The notes under the pieces: model-generated
Database searches by the model: none
Told to the model about the DNA's origin: nothing
What the model saw: the letters and a program-made list of their open reading frames with translations, nothing else
Program-made: the position numbers and the translations under genes
NCBI GenBank assembly: GCA_028292505.1
Contig: JAQGMF010000013.1
Span: 36,025-100,024 of the forward strand
DNA: 64,000 nt
Source: Rhodocyclales bacterium
Lineage (GTDB): Bacteria; Pseudomonadota; Gammaproteobacteria; Burkholderiales; Rhodocyclaceae
Direction of reading: 5' to 3'
Part shown: piece by piece, positions 1 to 11,776 of the stretch
How positions within the stretch are numbered: position 1 is the first letter of the stretch
Layout of the letters: each line of letters opens with the position of its first letter

Positions 1-702
1 GACCACCAGCACGCCGCGCGACAGGCCCGAGATGAGCCGATTGCGGCGCGGGAAATTATAGGCAGCGGCAGGCGTTCCCAGCGCAAACTCACTGATGATT
101 ACGCCGTCCTCAACAATCTTGTGCGCCAGATCGGCGTTGCTGGCCGGATAGACGCGATCTGCGCCAGTGCCAATCACGGCAATGGTGCTGCCTGGGCCGT
201 TGAGGGCGCCGCGGTGTGCCGCCGCATCGATGCCCAGTGCCAGGCCGCTGACAACCGTCAAACCGGCTTGCGACAGTGCACGGGCAAAGGCCTCGGCATT
301 GGCATTGCCTTGTGCCGTGGCGTTGCGCGAACCGACCAGTGCAATGGCGGGACGATTGAGGAGTTGGGGTTTACCTTTGACGTAGAGCAGGCAAGGCGGG
401 TCGGCGGTTTGCAGCAGGCTTTGCGGGAATGCCGCATCCGACAGCGTCAGGATGCTATTGCCGGGCTCCGCGACCCAGGCGAGCGCGGCATTGATGCCGG
501 CTTCGTAATCGTGATCGAGAAGTTTGTCGGCGAGCTTGCTGCCAATGACCTCGGCGATCGCCGCGCGCTTGGCGGCGAAGATACGCTCTGGCGGGCCAAA
601 TGCCGCCAACAGCACACGCTGCCGTTCAGGGCCAATTCCGGGAACGCTGCTCAGGCGCAGCCAGGATCGAAGCTCCTCCTGGCCCGGGCTGTCGCCACTC
701 AC
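1..702 (-). CDS. dprA: DNA processing protein DprA (Smf), 5'-partial at window edge; probable GTG start near 702
   Basis: Reverse-strand translation gives ELRSWLRLSSVPGIGPERQRVLLAAFG near the N-terminus and RNRLISGLSRGVLVV at the window edge, both typical DprA. It lies upstream of a LysM gene and divergent from def-fmt, the usual arrangement. Confidence 0.8.
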   Translation of the reverse strand, partial: MSGDSPGQEELRSWLRLSSVPGIGPERQRVLLAAFGPPERIFAAKRAAIAEVIGSKLADKLLDHDYEAGINAALAWVAEPGNSILTLSDAAFPQSLLQTADPPCLLYVKGKPQLLNRPAIALVGSRNATAQGNANAEAFARALSQAGLTVVSGLALGIDAAAHRGALNGPGSTIAVIGTGADRVYPASNADLAHKIVEDGVIISEFALGTPAAAYNFPRRNRLISGLSRGVLVV

Positions 703-711
703 CGCGAATAC

Positions 712-1809
712 TCAGGGCGCGGTCGCACTATCTCCGACATGGACCGGCAGCGCGCTGTCGAGCACCAGAGCATATGACAAATGATTGAACACACGGAACA
801 CCATGACCATGCCAAAACGCTCACTGGGCAATGGGATCAACTCGGCCTTGGCATCGCCATCCACGCCGCGATAGGTGGCATTGCCACGGTAGCGGTTCAG
901 AGCCACGACTTGTCCCGGCTCCACGCCCTTGTCGCGACCGACGTTGAGCGTGATGATGCTGTAACGGCCGCCATCATCGAGACCGCCATAGATGCTGGCG
1001 ACGCGTGCATCCAGACTGCGCGGCGCTTCTCTTGGTACCGGCGAGAAGGCCGTTTCCTTGGCCGTAGGCAGCAGGCGATCCCCAGTGGAAATTTCGTGCT
1101 TGGCCTTGGTCACCTGCAGTGCCGCTGCCTTGCCGTCGCCTTCCGGAATCGTCACGCGGGCATTGCCGACCATGATGGCCTCGTAGCCGAGAATCGTTTT
1201 TCCGTCGACCGGATCCTTGATCGGTTTGCCGGGGCGGTAGATGCTCCAGGCATCTTGCCCGGTGGCCAGACCACGCGCAAAGATTGTCTCGTTGGCGCCG
1301 ACGGCCACACGATTCTCCGGCAGCGCTATCACCGTGCCGGCATCGCCAGGATTGGCCGTATCCGTAACGAGCGGTTCGATCAGCAGGGACTGGATGTATT
1401 GCAAGGGAATGGTGGAAATTGCACCGCCGGCTGGGCTTTCATACACACGTGGCGAGAGCCGCTCGTAGGTGCTAGTGGAACCTGGCGCAGTGAGCGACAG
1501 CGTCGGGCCGTTAGGGCCGTTGCGGTCGAGATAAATTACCTGACCGGGATAGATCCAGTGTGGGTTCTTGATCTGCTCCGTGTTGAGCTTCCAAACTTCA
1601 GGCCAGCGCCAGGGCGACTTGAGGAACTTGCCGGAAATGCCCCACAAAGTGTCGCCCTTGACCACCGTGTAACTGTCGGGCGCATTCTCGGCAAGTTCGA
1701 TCTTGCCTTTGGCCACCGATGCGCCCTGTGTCTGCGCCAGTGCCGGCAGCGCGATGCCGGTCGTCAAGGCCGCGAGCGTCAGGAAAAGCGCGGAAGAGAA
1801 GCGTTTCAT
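712..1809 (-). CDS. LysM peptidoglycan-binding domain protein, secreted (start taken at MKRFSSALF; ORF extends to 1950)
   Basis: Signal peptide MKRFSSALFLTLAALTTGIALPALA, then a LysM motif (YTVVKGDTLWGISGKF). The dprA-adjacent position is typical of betaproteobacteria. Confidence 0.8.
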   Translation of the reverse strand: MKRFSSALFLTLAALTTGIALPALAQTQGASVAKGKIELAENAPDSYTVVKGDTLWGISGKFLKSPWRWPEVWKLNTEQIKNPHWIYPGQVIYLDRNGPNGPTLSLTAPGSTSTYERLSPRVYESPAGGAISTIPLQYIQSLLIEPLVTDTANPGDAGTVIALPENRVAVGANETIFARGLATGQDAWSIYRPGKPIKDPVDGKTILGYEAIMVGNARVTIPEGDGKAAALQVTKAKHEISTGDRLLPTAKETAFSPVPREAPRSLDARVASIYGGLDDGGRYSIITLNVGRDKGVEPGQVVALNRYRGNATYRGVDGDAKAELIPLPSERFGMVMVFRVFNHLSYALVLDSALPVHVGDSATAP

Positions 1810-2059
1810 AGCCAACCCCGTTGATGATCGATACACATGGTTAGACAAGCTTGCAAGATGCATTTCGTATGAAGCGAAGGAGCGTCGCCACGGCGATGCG
1901 ACCCCGAAAATTTTTTGCAAAGTGACTTGAGATAACGGCCGCAAACCCAAAAAATATATAATCAGTAGCGACGGAAGTACCCAAGATTATCTCAAGTAAC
2001 ACTTTAGATTCTGCACGTAGCCGCCTCATCCTTCAAGGTTTTCGGGATTTTTCGGACAA

Positions 2060-2563
2060 ATGGCCCTGCTGAACATACTGCATTACCCGGACCCGAGACT
2101 CCACAAGAAAGCCGTTCCGGTCAAGCTTGTGGACGATCGTATCCGACGATTGGTCGCCGATATGGCCGAGACCATGTACGCGGCGCCGGGCATCGGGCTG
2201 GCTGCCAACCAGGTTGACGTGCAGGAACGGGTCGTCGTGATCGATGCTTCCGAAGACAAATCTGGGCTGCGTGCCTTCATCAATCCGGAGATTCTGGAGC
2301 GCCAAGGCGAACAGGTATGCGAGGAAGGCTGCCTGTCGGTGCCGGGCATCTATGAGAAGGTCGCGCGCTCGGCCTGGGTGCGTGTGCGTGCCCTCAACGA
2401 GAAAGGCGAAAAAATGGAGCTGGAAGCGGAAGGCCTGTTGGCTGTATGCATACAGCATGAGATCGACCACCTCGACGGCAAGGTTTTCGTTGAAAAACTG
2501 TCCTTGCTCAAGCAGAACCGCATCAAGAACAAGCTGACAAAGCGCGCACGTATCACGGCGTGA
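2060..2563 (+). CDS. def: Peptide deformylase
   Basis: [17 protein letters not shown] and QHEIDHLDG motifs; 167 aa. Confidence 0.95.
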   Translation: MALLNILHYPDPRLHKKAVPVKLVDDRIRRLVADMAETMYAAPGIGLAANQVDVQERVVVIDASEDKSGLRAFINPEILERQGEQVCEEGCLSVPGIYEKVARSAWVRVRALNEKGEKMELEAEGLLAVCIQHEIDHLDGKVFVEKLSLLKQNRIKNKLTKRARITA

Positions 2564-2605
2564 TGTCTGTGTTCAGAAACTGAACATGGATGTACTCTTT
2601 CCTCT

Positions 2606-2655
2606 TTCCCCTCTCTCGCCCTTGACGGGGCACCCTCTCTCGGTGGGAGAGGGGA
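2606..2655. repeat. GC-rich palindromic REP-like element ('ccctctc..gagaggg' type) in the def-fmt spacer; coordinates approximate
   Basis: cccctctctcgcccttgacggggcaccctctctcggtgggagagggga contains inverted repeats. It resembles the palindromes at 17389-17513. Confidence 0.4.
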
Positions 2656-2667
2656 CAGCATCAAACT

Positions 2668-3618
2668 GTGCCTACTGATCCCATGAAAATCGCTTTCGCC
2701 GGAACACCGGAATTTGCTGTCGTGGCGTTGCGCGCCATCATCGGCGCGGGTTTCGACGTGTCGCTTGTCCTCACGCAACCGGACCGTCCTGCCGGACGCG
2801 GCATGAGTGTGCATGCCAGTCCGGTCAAGCAGCTCGCGCTTGACAATGGCATAACGTTCGATCAACCGGAAAAGCTACGCATGCCGGAGCAACAACTGCG
2901 GCTCCGGGGATGCGCCCCCGATGTGCTGGTGGTGGCCGCCTATGGACTCATCCTGCCGCAGGCGGTCCTCGACATTCCGCGCCTGGGATGTTTGAACATA
3001 CATGCCTCACTGCTGCCGCGCTGGCGTGGTGCGGCGCCGATTCACCGCGCCATCGAAGCCGGCGACAGCGAGACGGGTATCACCATCATGCAGATGGACG
3101 CAGGTCTCGATACGGGCGCCATGCTGTCCATGCGCGCGCTGCCCATTCTGGCGAGTGACACCATGGCCAGCCTGCACGACAAGCTCGCTGCGCTAGGGGG
3201 AGAAATGATCGTCGACGCATTGCACGCGCTGGACGAAGGCTCGCTGCGTGCGACGCCACAGCCGGCCGAGGGAGTGACTTATGCCATCAAGATTGCCAAA
3301 AGCGAAAGCGTCCTCGACTTCCGCCAACCCGCGGCAGCGTTGGCGCGGCGATTGCGGGCATTCGATCCGTTTCCCGGCGGCGTGGCGATGCTCGATGGTG
3401 TCGCGATCAAGTTGTGGGCGGGCGATGCTGTGAGCATTTTTGGCGTACCTGGCGAGGTCCTCGAAGTCGGCGATGCCGGCGTCATGGTTGCCTGTGGTGA
3501 AGGCGCTCTACGCTTGACCGAATTGCAGAAGCCTGGCGGCAAGCGCTTGCCTGCGCGCGAGTTTCTGCGCGGCTTCGTGATTCGGTCGGGCATGCATTTC
3601 GAGTTGCCGGCTGCGTAG
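2668..3618 (+). CDS. fmt: Methionyl-tRNA formyltransferase (GTG start at 2668, or ATG at 2683)
   Basis: [13 protein letters not shown]-terminus, the formyltransferase [14 protein letters not shown] motif and a C-terminal domain; lies downstream of def. Confidence 0.93.
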   Translation: MPTDPMKIAFAGTPEFAVVALRAIIGAGFDVSLVLTQPDRPAGRGMSVHASPVKQLALDNGITFDQPEKLRMPEQQLRLRGCAPDVLVVAAYGLILPQAVLDIPRLGCLNIHASLLPRWRGAAPIHRAIEAGDSETGITIMQMDAGLDTGAMLSMRALPILASDTMASLHDKLAALGGEMIVDALHALDEGSLRATPQPAEGVTYAIKIAKSESVLDFRQPAAALARRLRAFDPFPGGVAMLDGVAIKLWAGDAVSIFGVPGEVLEVGDAGVMVACGEGALRLTELQKPGGKRLPAREFLRGFVIRSGMHFELPAA

Positions 3619-3689
3619 GGTGTCAGTGAGCGGAGCGAACTGCACCTTGCGGAGGTGGTGCAGTTCGCTCCGCTCGCTGACACCTACCC
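3618..3689. terminator. Long (about 28-bp stem) hairpin between convergent fmt and the yecA-like gene; putative bidirectional terminator
   Basis: gggtgtcagtgagcggagcgaactgcacc-ttgcggagg-ggtgcagttcgctccgctcgctgacaccta, a near-perfect inverted repeat; no clear U-tract. Confidence 0.5.
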
Positions 3690-4418
3690 CTAGTTCAACA
3701 AACGTGTCGGTTCCATCGGGGCGCCACAGCACTTCTTGAATTTCTTGCCGCTGCCGCAGGGACAGATGTCATTGCGGCCCGGTTGGGCGTCGGCGCGATG
3801 CGGTGTGCGCGGTGCCGTCATCACGCGTAGCCAGCGGCGCCAGAAAGCATAAAGGTACTGCAGGCCGGCCGCAGTGACACTGATGAGTTCATCGCGCTCC
3901 ACTGCGGTGAGTGGATGGCCAGGCGATTTTTCGCCGGTATCGAAAGCGCCGATGATGCTGATTAGCGTCACGCACTCTTCGTCCTCTTCGAGCGCGTCCC
4001 AGTGCGCATCCTGCAGCCAATTCAGCCCCGCCCGAAAGCCACGTGCCCAGCCTTCGGCGAGTGGATGGCCGCTGCTGCCAGGGTCGTCCAGCACGGGAAA
4101 GTACATCGCATCCGGACCTTCCCGGGCGCTGACGCCGGACCAATCTTCGCGAAAACCTTGTGCGACGTGGTTCCAGTGACGCATCAATAATTGAACACAG
4201 CGTTGTGCTTGCGCCTCGCTGGACCATTGCGGGGTTTCGTCGCCGAATACCACCGGCAGCCATTGACTCGGCGGCACGGTCTCGGGGCCGGTCACGAGGG
4301 CGCAGATCAGCCCATCGAGTTCCTCCAGGGAATGCGAATCCGCGTGTTGCGAGAGCAGCGCATCCAGCTCATCGAGTTCATCGTCATGCAGCGCACCGTG
4401 CGCAAGATGAGGCGTCAT
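3690..4418 (-). CDS. YecA/UPF0149 family protein with C-terminal SEC-C metal-binding motif
   Basis: C-terminal [14 protein letters not shown] (SEC-C) and an acidic UPF0149-like body. Confidence 0.75.
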   Translation of the reverse strand: MTPHLAHGALHDDELDELDALLSQHADSHSLEELDGLICALVTGPETVPPSQWLPVVFGDETPQWSSEAQAQRCVQLLMRHWNHVAQGFREDWSGVSAREGPDAMYFPVLDDPGSSGHPLAEGWARGFRAGLNWLQDAHWDALEEDEECVTLISIIGAFDTGEKSPGHPLTAVERDELISVTAAGLQYLYAFWRRWLRVMTAPRTPHRADAQPGRNDICPCGSGKKFKKCCGAPMEPTRLLN

Positions 4419-4635
4419 TGCAGTTCCGTTCTTTCTTCGATCATTGCTTGCGCCGCGGCGCTACTCCGCCCATATCGCCATATGACGGCGGATGCCGCAA
4501 GTATCGCATCGTCGGCGCCAAACTGGGCGGGTACTGTGTCACGAGGCGCCGACGCTGTACTCTTGACCAAACTGCGGGTGTTCTGCGCGCTTTCGTGGAA
4601 TCATCTTCAGTTGGCAGCGACGCCGGAGGGTACTC

Positions 4636-5274
4636 ATGAGCAAACGCATGCAATCTCCACTGGAAGAATTCGCCAATAGCAGCAGCCATTGGCTGGGATT
4701 CGCTGCTGCGTTGGGCGCTGCGCCGGTACTCATTGTCGTGGCGGCGCGCGAGGGCGACGCCGCCAATATCGTGGGCGTCAGCATTTTCGCCGCCTCGATG
4801 GTCCTGTTGTACCTGTGTTCGGCGCTTTACCACGCGCTGCCGCAGGGCGCGCCCAAACACTTCTTCCACAAGCTCGATCACGCAGCGATCTACATCCTGA
4901 TTGCGGGCACCTATACGCCCTTTACGCTGGGCGTATTGAGCGGTGCATGGGGCTGGACTTTGTTCGGCCTGATCTGGGCGATGGCTGCTATGGGCTTACT
5001 GCTCAAGGCTTTCGATGGACTTTCCAACCGCTACGTTTCGGTCGGGCTTTACCTGCTGATGGGATGGCTCATCGTCGTGGCCGCCGTGCCGCTGATCAGC
5101 AAAGTGCCCACGCAGGGGCTGTTGTGGTTGCTGGCAGGCGGCCTGGCGTACACCGGCGGCGTGGTTTTTTACGTGTTGAGCTCACGCTTGCGCTTCGGCC
5201 ATTTTATCTGGCATCTATTTGTCATGGCCGGAACCGTTTGTCATTTCTTCGCGGTGCTGTGGTATTCCGCATGA
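4636..5274 (+). CDS. Hemolysin III family (PAQR) membrane protein
   Basis: Seven predicted TM segments and the HlyIII-like motifs LDHAAIYILIAGTYTPF and HLFVMAGTVCHF. Confidence 0.88.
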   Translation: MSKRMQSPLEEFANSSSHWLGFAAALGAAPVLIVVAAREGDAANIVGVSIFAASMVLLYLCSALYHALPQGAPKHFFHKLDHAAIYILIAGTYTPFTLGVLSGAWGWTLFGLIWAMAAMGLLLKAFDGLSNRYVSVGLYLLMGWLIVVAAVPLISKVPTQGLLWLLAGGLAYTGGVVFYVLSSRLRFGHFIWHLFVMAGTVCHFFAVLWYSA

Positions 5275-5279
5275 ACGAC

Positions 5280-5867
5280 TCAGGCTTTGGACAAAAGCTT
5301 GAGGGCCGTGCGAATACCTTCGGAGACACTGATGTCCGGCGCCATGCCCTTGAGCGCCAACGCTGCTTCCTTGTCGTTGTAGCCGAGCGCCAGCAGCGCA
5401 TGCACGATGTCGCTTTGCGCGTTCGCTCCAGCGGCAGCCATGCTGCCCGCCACGCCGGGCAAGGCCTTGGCGAGCTTGTCGCGCAGTTCCAGTAGCAGGC
5501 GTTCGGCCGTCTTCTTGCCGATACCTGGAATCTTCGTCAGGCGCCCCGACTCCTGCAACGCGACGGCCTGCGCCAGTTCCGTGACGGACAGTCCCGAAAG
5601 CACGGCCAGCGCCGTGCGCGCGCCGACGCCGCTGACCTTGAGCAACTGGCGGAAAGCCATGCGCTCGTCGAGCGTGGCAAAACCGAAGAGGATATGCGCG
5701 TCTTCGCGTACCGTCAGATGCGTATGCAAGCTGACCTTCTCGCCGTTGCCGGGCAGGTTGTAGAACGTACTCATCGGTACTTCAACGTCATAACCCACGC
5801 CATTCACATCGAGCAGGATTTGCGGCGGATTCTTTTCCAGCAGCGTGCCGGTGAGTCTTCCAATCAT
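5280..5867 (-). CDS. ruvA: Holliday junction branch migration complex subunit RuvA
   Basis: [12 protein letters not shown]...[13 protein letters not shown]-terminus, an HhH region and a C-terminal RuvB-binding domain. Confidence 0.95.
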   Translation of the reverse strand: MIGRLTGTLLEKNPPQILLDVNGVGYDVEVPMSTFYNLPGNGEKVSLHTHLTVREDAHILFGFATLDERMAFRQLLKVSGVGARTALAVLSGLSVTELAQAVALQESGRLTKIPGIGKKTAERLLLELRDKLAKALPGVAGSMAAAGANAQSDIVHALLALGYNDKEAALALKGMAPDISVSEGIRTALKLLSKA

Positions 5868-5945
5868 GGGGTGCTTTCGTTGTGCGGGTTGGACAGTGTA
5901 GGTACGCGCTAATCTAATACTTTGTAAATCATGGAACCCCCAATA

Positions 5946-6019
5946 TCGTCATCCCGGCGAAGGCCGGGATCCAGACTCGGAGGCACCGTACTGGATTCCG
6001 GCTTTCGCCGGAATGAAGG
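5946..6019. repeat. REP-like inverted-repeat element, family A (arm tcgtcatcccggcgaaggccgggatccag and its inverted partner)
   Basis: Two arms of about 29 bp, each internally palindromic, separated by about 17 bp. Further copies occur at 21743, 50339 (single arm) and 54375. Confidence 0.7.
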
Positions 6020-6060
6020 GGCTTTTAGATGGCCTCCATGAATTATTCAGAAGCACACCA

Positions 6061-6723
6061 CTAGCCGATGGCCACGAGCACATCCTTGAGCGAGTCGACC
6101 GCCGCCACACCGAGCATGCGGATGCCCGCGTCGGGGCGCAGCAGGTCGGGCACCATGACGACCTGCATATTGGCTGACACCGCCGCGCGCACGCCGGCGT
6201 TCGAGTCCTCCAGCGCCAGGCAGCGCGACGCCTCGACGCCGAGCCGATTGGCGGCAAGCTCGTAGATCTCCGGATGCGGCTTGCCGCGCAACACTTCGTC
6301 ACCGCAAGCGAGGGCCTTGAAATGTTGCATCAGGTGCGCACGTCGTAGCTTGGCCTCGGCGCGCGTGCGGCGCGTCGACGTGGCGACCGCGCACGGGATG
6401 CGCAGCGCATCGAGCCGCATCAGCAATTCGCGCGCAAAGGGCTTGGCCGGGATGTCGCCAGCGACGATGGCCGCCTCGTAGAGCTCGCCGAAGCATTCAT
6501 GCAAGGCGGCCACCGGATAGTCCGCACCAAAGGCCTTCAGCAATATGTCATTCGAATCACGCGAGTTGAGCCCGACCATCTGCAGGCCGACTTCGTGATC
6601 CCATTGCAGGTCCAGCATGCGCGCCGCTTGCGCCATCAGCGCAAGCGACTGGCGCTCGCTGTCGAGCAGCAAGCCGTCCATGTCGAAGATGACCGCTTCC
6701 GGTCGGGTAAGTTGAAGTGGCAT
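6061..6723 (-). CDS. HAD-superfamily hydrolase (beta-phosphoglucomutase-like, subfamily IA)
   Basis: FDMDGLLLDSE motif I; a C-terminal GKPHP...ALEDSNAGVRAA motif. Confidence 0.85.
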   Translation of the reverse strand: MPLQLTRPEAVIFDMDGLLLDSERQSLALMAQAARMLDLQWDHEVGLQMVGLNSRDSNDILLKAFGADYPVAALHECFGELYEAAIVAGDIPAKPFARELLMRLDALRIPCAVATSTRRTRAEAKLRRAHLMQHFKALACGDEVLRGKPHPEIYELAANRLGVEASRCLALEDSNAGVRAAVSANMQVVMVPDLLRPDAGIRMLGVAAVDSLKDVLVAIG

Positions 6724-6729
6724 GTCGAT

Positions 6730-7380
6730 TCAATCGCTTTCTGCGGCAGGCGCGATGATGAACTGCGGGGCGATGCCCAGCGCTGCGAGGCGCGTTTCGA
6801 GCCGGGCGCGCACCTCCGGCCATTCTGCATCGATGATGCTGAACTGCACCGAGTCGCGGACGCGCCCGTCGGGCATGATGCGCTCGTTGCGCGCGATACC
6901 TTCTTCCCTGGCGCCGAGCTTGAGTATCGCCGCACGCGAGCGCGCATTCAGCGCATCGGTCTGCAATTGTACGCGAATGCATTTAGCATATTCAAAAGCA
7001 TGGCGTAGCATCAGGTACTTCGCCTCCGCATTGACGAAACTGCCTTGCCACGAACGCGCGATCCACGTGCTGCCGATTTCGCGCTTGCGATTGGCTGTGT
7101 CGATCTGCCAGAAGCGCGTTGCGCCGACGATGCGGCCGCTATCGGCCAGGGTCGTGACGAAGGGAATGGCCGTGCCCGCGCGCCGGCCGGCGAGGGCCGT
7201 GTCGATGTAGGCATGTACCGTGTCCGCGCGCGGAATGCGGCTCATGCCCAGCGACCACAGCTCGCCATCGGCGGCCGCAGCGACCAGCGCATCCGCATGC
7301 GCCAATTGCATGGGATGCAGCACGACTTTCTGACCGATCAGCGAAAACAGTTCCACGTTGGCCCGCTCACGACAACACAC
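6730..7380 (-). CDS. GNAT family N-acetyltransferase (RimJ/RimL-like)
   Basis: Acetyltransferase fold motifs (RFWQID, GSTWIARSWQG, acetyl-CoA-binding region); start abuts the rng stop. Confidence 0.78.
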   Translation of the reverse strand: MCCRERANVELFSLIGQKVVLHPMQLAHADALVAAAADGELWSLGMSRIPRADTVHAYIDTALAGRRAGTAIPFVTTLADSGRIVGATRFWQIDTANRKREIGSTWIARSWQGSFVNAEAKYLMLRHAFEYAKCIRVQLQTDALNARSRAAILKLGAREEGIARNERIMPDGRVRDSVQFSIIDAEWPEVRARLETRLAALGIAPQFIIAPAAESD

Positions 7381-8835
7381 TCATAACAACACAATATCGA
7401 ACTGCTCCTGCGTGTAACTCGATTCGGCATGTAGCGAAATCGCGCGGCCGATGAATTCCTGCAGCATGGCGATGGCTTGCGATTCCTCGTCGAGGAAAAG
7501 ATCCACCACACTGGGCGAGGCGAGAATACGGAATTCGCGCGCCGAGAACTGGCGTGCCTCGCGCACCAATTCGCGCAACACTTCATATGCCACTGTCCTG
7601 ACCGTCTTGACTTCGCCGCGACCGCCACAGGTCGGGCAGGGTTCGCAGAGAATATGCGCAAGCGATTCGCGCGTGCGCTTGCGCGTCATCTCCACCAAGC
7701 CCAGCGACGTGAAGCTGCCGACGGAGACCTTGGTGTGATCGCGCTCCAGCGCCTTGTGCAGTTCGCTCAACACCGCCATGCGATGCTCGTCGCTCTCCAT
7801 GTCAATGAAGTCGAGCAGAATGATGCCACCCAGATTGCGCAAGCGCAGTTGCCGCGCAATGGCTTGCGCCGCTTCCAGATTGGTCTTGAAGATGGTGTCA
7901 TCGAAAGTGCGCGCGCCGACGAAGCCGCCGGTGTTGACGTCGATGGTGGTGAGTGCCTCGGTCTGGTCGATGATCAGATAGCCGCCACTCTTGAGGTCCA
8001 CGCGTCGCGCCAATGCCTTCTGGATTTCCTCCTCGACGTTATGCAGATCGAATAGCGGCCGCTCGCCCTGATAGTGGTCCAGCAGATGCGCCACGCGTGG
8101 CATGTACTCGGTGCTGAAGGACGAAAGCTTCTGGAAGTTTTCGCGCGAGTCGATCACCACGCGCGTGGTGTCGGCATTCACGAAATCCCGCAACACGCGC
8201 TGCGACAAAGTGAGGTCGTGATACAGCGCCGACGGTGGCTCGGCGGCAGACTTGCGTTGCTGAATCTCGGCCCACAGTTTGCGCAGATAGGCGATGTCGG
8301 CGGTGAGCTCCTCGTCGCTGGCTTGCTCGGCCTGCGTGCGCACGATGAAGCCGCCCTTCTCTTCCTCAGGGATCAGGCGCTGCAGGCGCGCGCGCAAGGC
8401 ATCGCGGTCGACGTCGCTCTCGATGCGCTGCGAGATGCCGATGTGCCTGTCCTGCGGCAGATAGACAAGCAGGCGGCCGGCCAGCGAAAGCTGCGTGGAA
8501 AGCCGCGCGCCCTTCGTGCCGATCGGGTCCTTGAGCACTTGCACGGTAATGCTTTGCCCTTCGTGCAATATGCGCTCGATGGGTTTCTGCGTTTCGCCGT
8601 GTTGTCGATCCAGCCAGATGTCGGCGACATGCAGGAAAGCAGTGCGCTCCAGGCCGATTTCCAGAAATGCCGATTGCATGCCGGGCAGCACGCGTACGAC
8701 GCGGCCCTGATAGATATTGCCGACAATGCCGCGCGAATGTTCGCGTTCGATGTGCAGTTCCTGCACCTGGCCATTGAACATCTGTGCGACCCGCGTTTCC
8801 TGCGGGGTGAAGTTGATGAGGTATTCCTCGCTCAT
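7381..8835 (-). CDS. rng: Ribonuclease G
   Basis: S1 domain at the N-terminus and an RNase E/G catalytic domain (IDQTEALTTIDVNTG, zinc-link CPTCGGRG); 484 aa. Confidence 0.93.
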   Translation of the reverse strand: MSEEYLINFTPQETRVAQMFNGQVQELHIEREHSRGIVGNIYQGRVVRVLPGMQSAFLEIGLERTAFLHVADIWLDRQHGETQKPIERILHEGQSITVQVLKDPIGTKGARLSTQLSLAGRLLVYLPQDRHIGISQRIESDVDRDALRARLQRLIPEEEKGGFIVRTQAEQASDEELTADIAYLRKLWAEIQQRKSAAEPPSALYHDLTLSQRVLRDFVNADTTRVVIDSRENFQKLSSFSTEYMPRVAHLLDHYQGERPLFDLHNVEEEIQKALARRVDLKSGGYLIIDQTEALTTIDVNTGGFVGARTFDDTIFKTNLEAAQAIARQLRLRNLGGIILLDFIDMESDEHRMAVLSELHKALERDHTKVSVGSFTSLGLVEMTRKRTRESLAHILCEPCPTCGGRGEVKTVRTVAYEVLRELVREARQFSAREFRILASPSVVDLFLDEESQAIAMLQEFIGRAISLHAESSYTQEQFDIVLL

Positions 8836-8988
8836 GACGGGTTTCCAGGATGGTTTGAATAGTGTCGTTGCCGGATTCTACCGGGATGGCCGCCCAAGCG
8901 AGTCCGGACATCCCCGCAGTGGCCGCTAGCGAGGTGCGGACGGTATGGCTGCGGCAGGTATCATCGCAGCCTCAAGCGGGGGAGCGGC

Positions 8989-10206
8989 GTGGCGCTAAAT
9001 GATGGAGTCGGCGATGAAATCGGCGATGCAAATGGATTCGACGTGGTGGTCGTCGGTGCGGGCGCTGCCGGCATGATGGCCGCCGCTGTCGCGGGTCAAC
9101 GCGGCCGCAGGGTCGTGCTCATCGATCATGCCGAAAAACTCGCCGAGAAGATCCGCATCTCGGGTGGCGGGCGCTGCAACTTCACCAATCTGCAGACGGG
9201 GCCAGCGAATTTTCTCTCCGAGAATCCGCACTTCTGTCGCTCGGCCCTGTCGCGCTACACGCCGCAGGACTTCCTCAAGCTTGTCGAAAAACATGGCATC
9301 GCCTGGCACGAGAAGCATAAAGGACAGCTGTTCTGCGACGACAGTGCGCAGCGCATCATCGACATGCTGGTGGCCGAATGCGATACCGGTGGCGTGAGTT
9401 GGCGACAGCCTTGCAAGGTATCGGACTTGCGTCGCGACGGCGCACGCTGGCAGCTGAAAACGACGGCCGGAACATTGCAAGCGGAGTCCGTCGTCATCGC
9501 TACCGGCGGACTATCGATCCCCAAGATCGGCGCCAGCGATTTCGGTCATCGCATCGCCAGGCAATTCGATATTCCCGTCGTGACGCCGCGTCCGGCGCTG
9601 GTCCCGCTGACCTTCGATGCGACAGCCTGGGCGCCCTTCGCCGAACTCGCCGGCGCTTCGCTGGAGGTTGAAGTTAGCTGTGCCGACGGGCACTTCCGCG
9701 AGGACCTACTCTTCACCCATCGCGGTCTGTCCGGCCCGGCCATCCTGCAGATATCGTCATTCTGGCAACCAGGTGAAACGCTGAGCATCAACCTCGTACC
9801 CGATCAACGTCTCGATGAAGTTCTGATCGCTGCCAAGCATGGCAACCGTCAGCACGTCGCCACCATGTTGTCGCAATGGCTGCCGCGCCGTCTGGCTGAA
9901 GCCTGGGCTGAACGCCATGGCCTGAGTGGCAAGCCGTTGGCCGATTGCGCCGACAAGGCGCTACGCGAACTGGCCCGCGCGACGCATTCCTGGCAACTCA
10001 AGCCGGCAGGGTCGGAGGGCTATCGCAAAGCCGAAGTCACACGCGGCGGCGTGGGCACGCGTGCGCTCGATCAGAAAACAATGATGGCGAAGAACCAGTC
10101 GGGTCTTTACTTCATCGGCGAAGCGATGGACGTGACCGGCTGGTTGGGCGGCTACAATTTTCAGTGGGCGTGGGCCAGTGGCTACGCAGCCGGCATGGCC
10201 GTTTAG
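8989..10206 (+). CDS. NAD(P)/FAD-dependent oxidoreductase, HI0933/BaiN family
   Basis: DVVVVGAGAAGMMAA dinucleotide fold, the HI0933-type SGGGRCNFTN motif and a C-terminal GEAMDVTGWLGGYNFQWAW. Confidence 0.85.
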   Translation: MALNDGVGDEIGDANGFDVVVVGAGAAGMMAAAVAGQRGRRVVLIDHAEKLAEKIRISGGGRCNFTNLQTGPANFLSENPHFCRSALSRYTPQDFLKLVEKHGIAWHEKHKGQLFCDDSAQRIIDMLVAECDTGGVSWRQPCKVSDLRRDGARWQLKTTAGTLQAESVVIATGGLSIPKIGASDFGHRIARQFDIPVVTPRPALVPLTFDATAWAPFAELAGASLEVEVSCADGHFREDLLFTHRGLSGPAILQISSFWQPGETLSINLVPDQRLDEVLIAAKHGNRQHVATMLSQWLPRRLAEAWAERHGLSGKPLADCADKALRELARATHSWQLKPAGSEGYRKAEVTRGGVGTRALDQKTMMAKNQSGLYFIGEAMDVTGWLGGYNFQWAWASGYAAGMAV

Positions 10207-10242
10207 TGCAATGCCCCAATCAGAAAAAATGCGGAGACCGTA

Positions 10243-11721
<1,479 letters not shown>

Positions 11722-11776
11722 TACGCATGACTTACTGAACTGCAGGGCCCGTTGTCTCGAACCGTGGCGTGCCGTG

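Noticed and set aside
121-777. 218-aa plus-strand ORF at the window start
   Set aside because: It lies antisense to the clearly recognisable dprA reading frame (DprA motifs on the minus strand). High GC makes long antisense ORFs common; no motifs.
5949-6302. ORFs translating REP elements (for example ...PFIPAKAGIQ..., ...SFPRKRES..., ...SPCGEGSPPGPGEA...)
   Set aside because: These peptides are read-throughs of the palindromic repeat units (also at 33741-34025, 17307-17558, 59790-59981), not genes.
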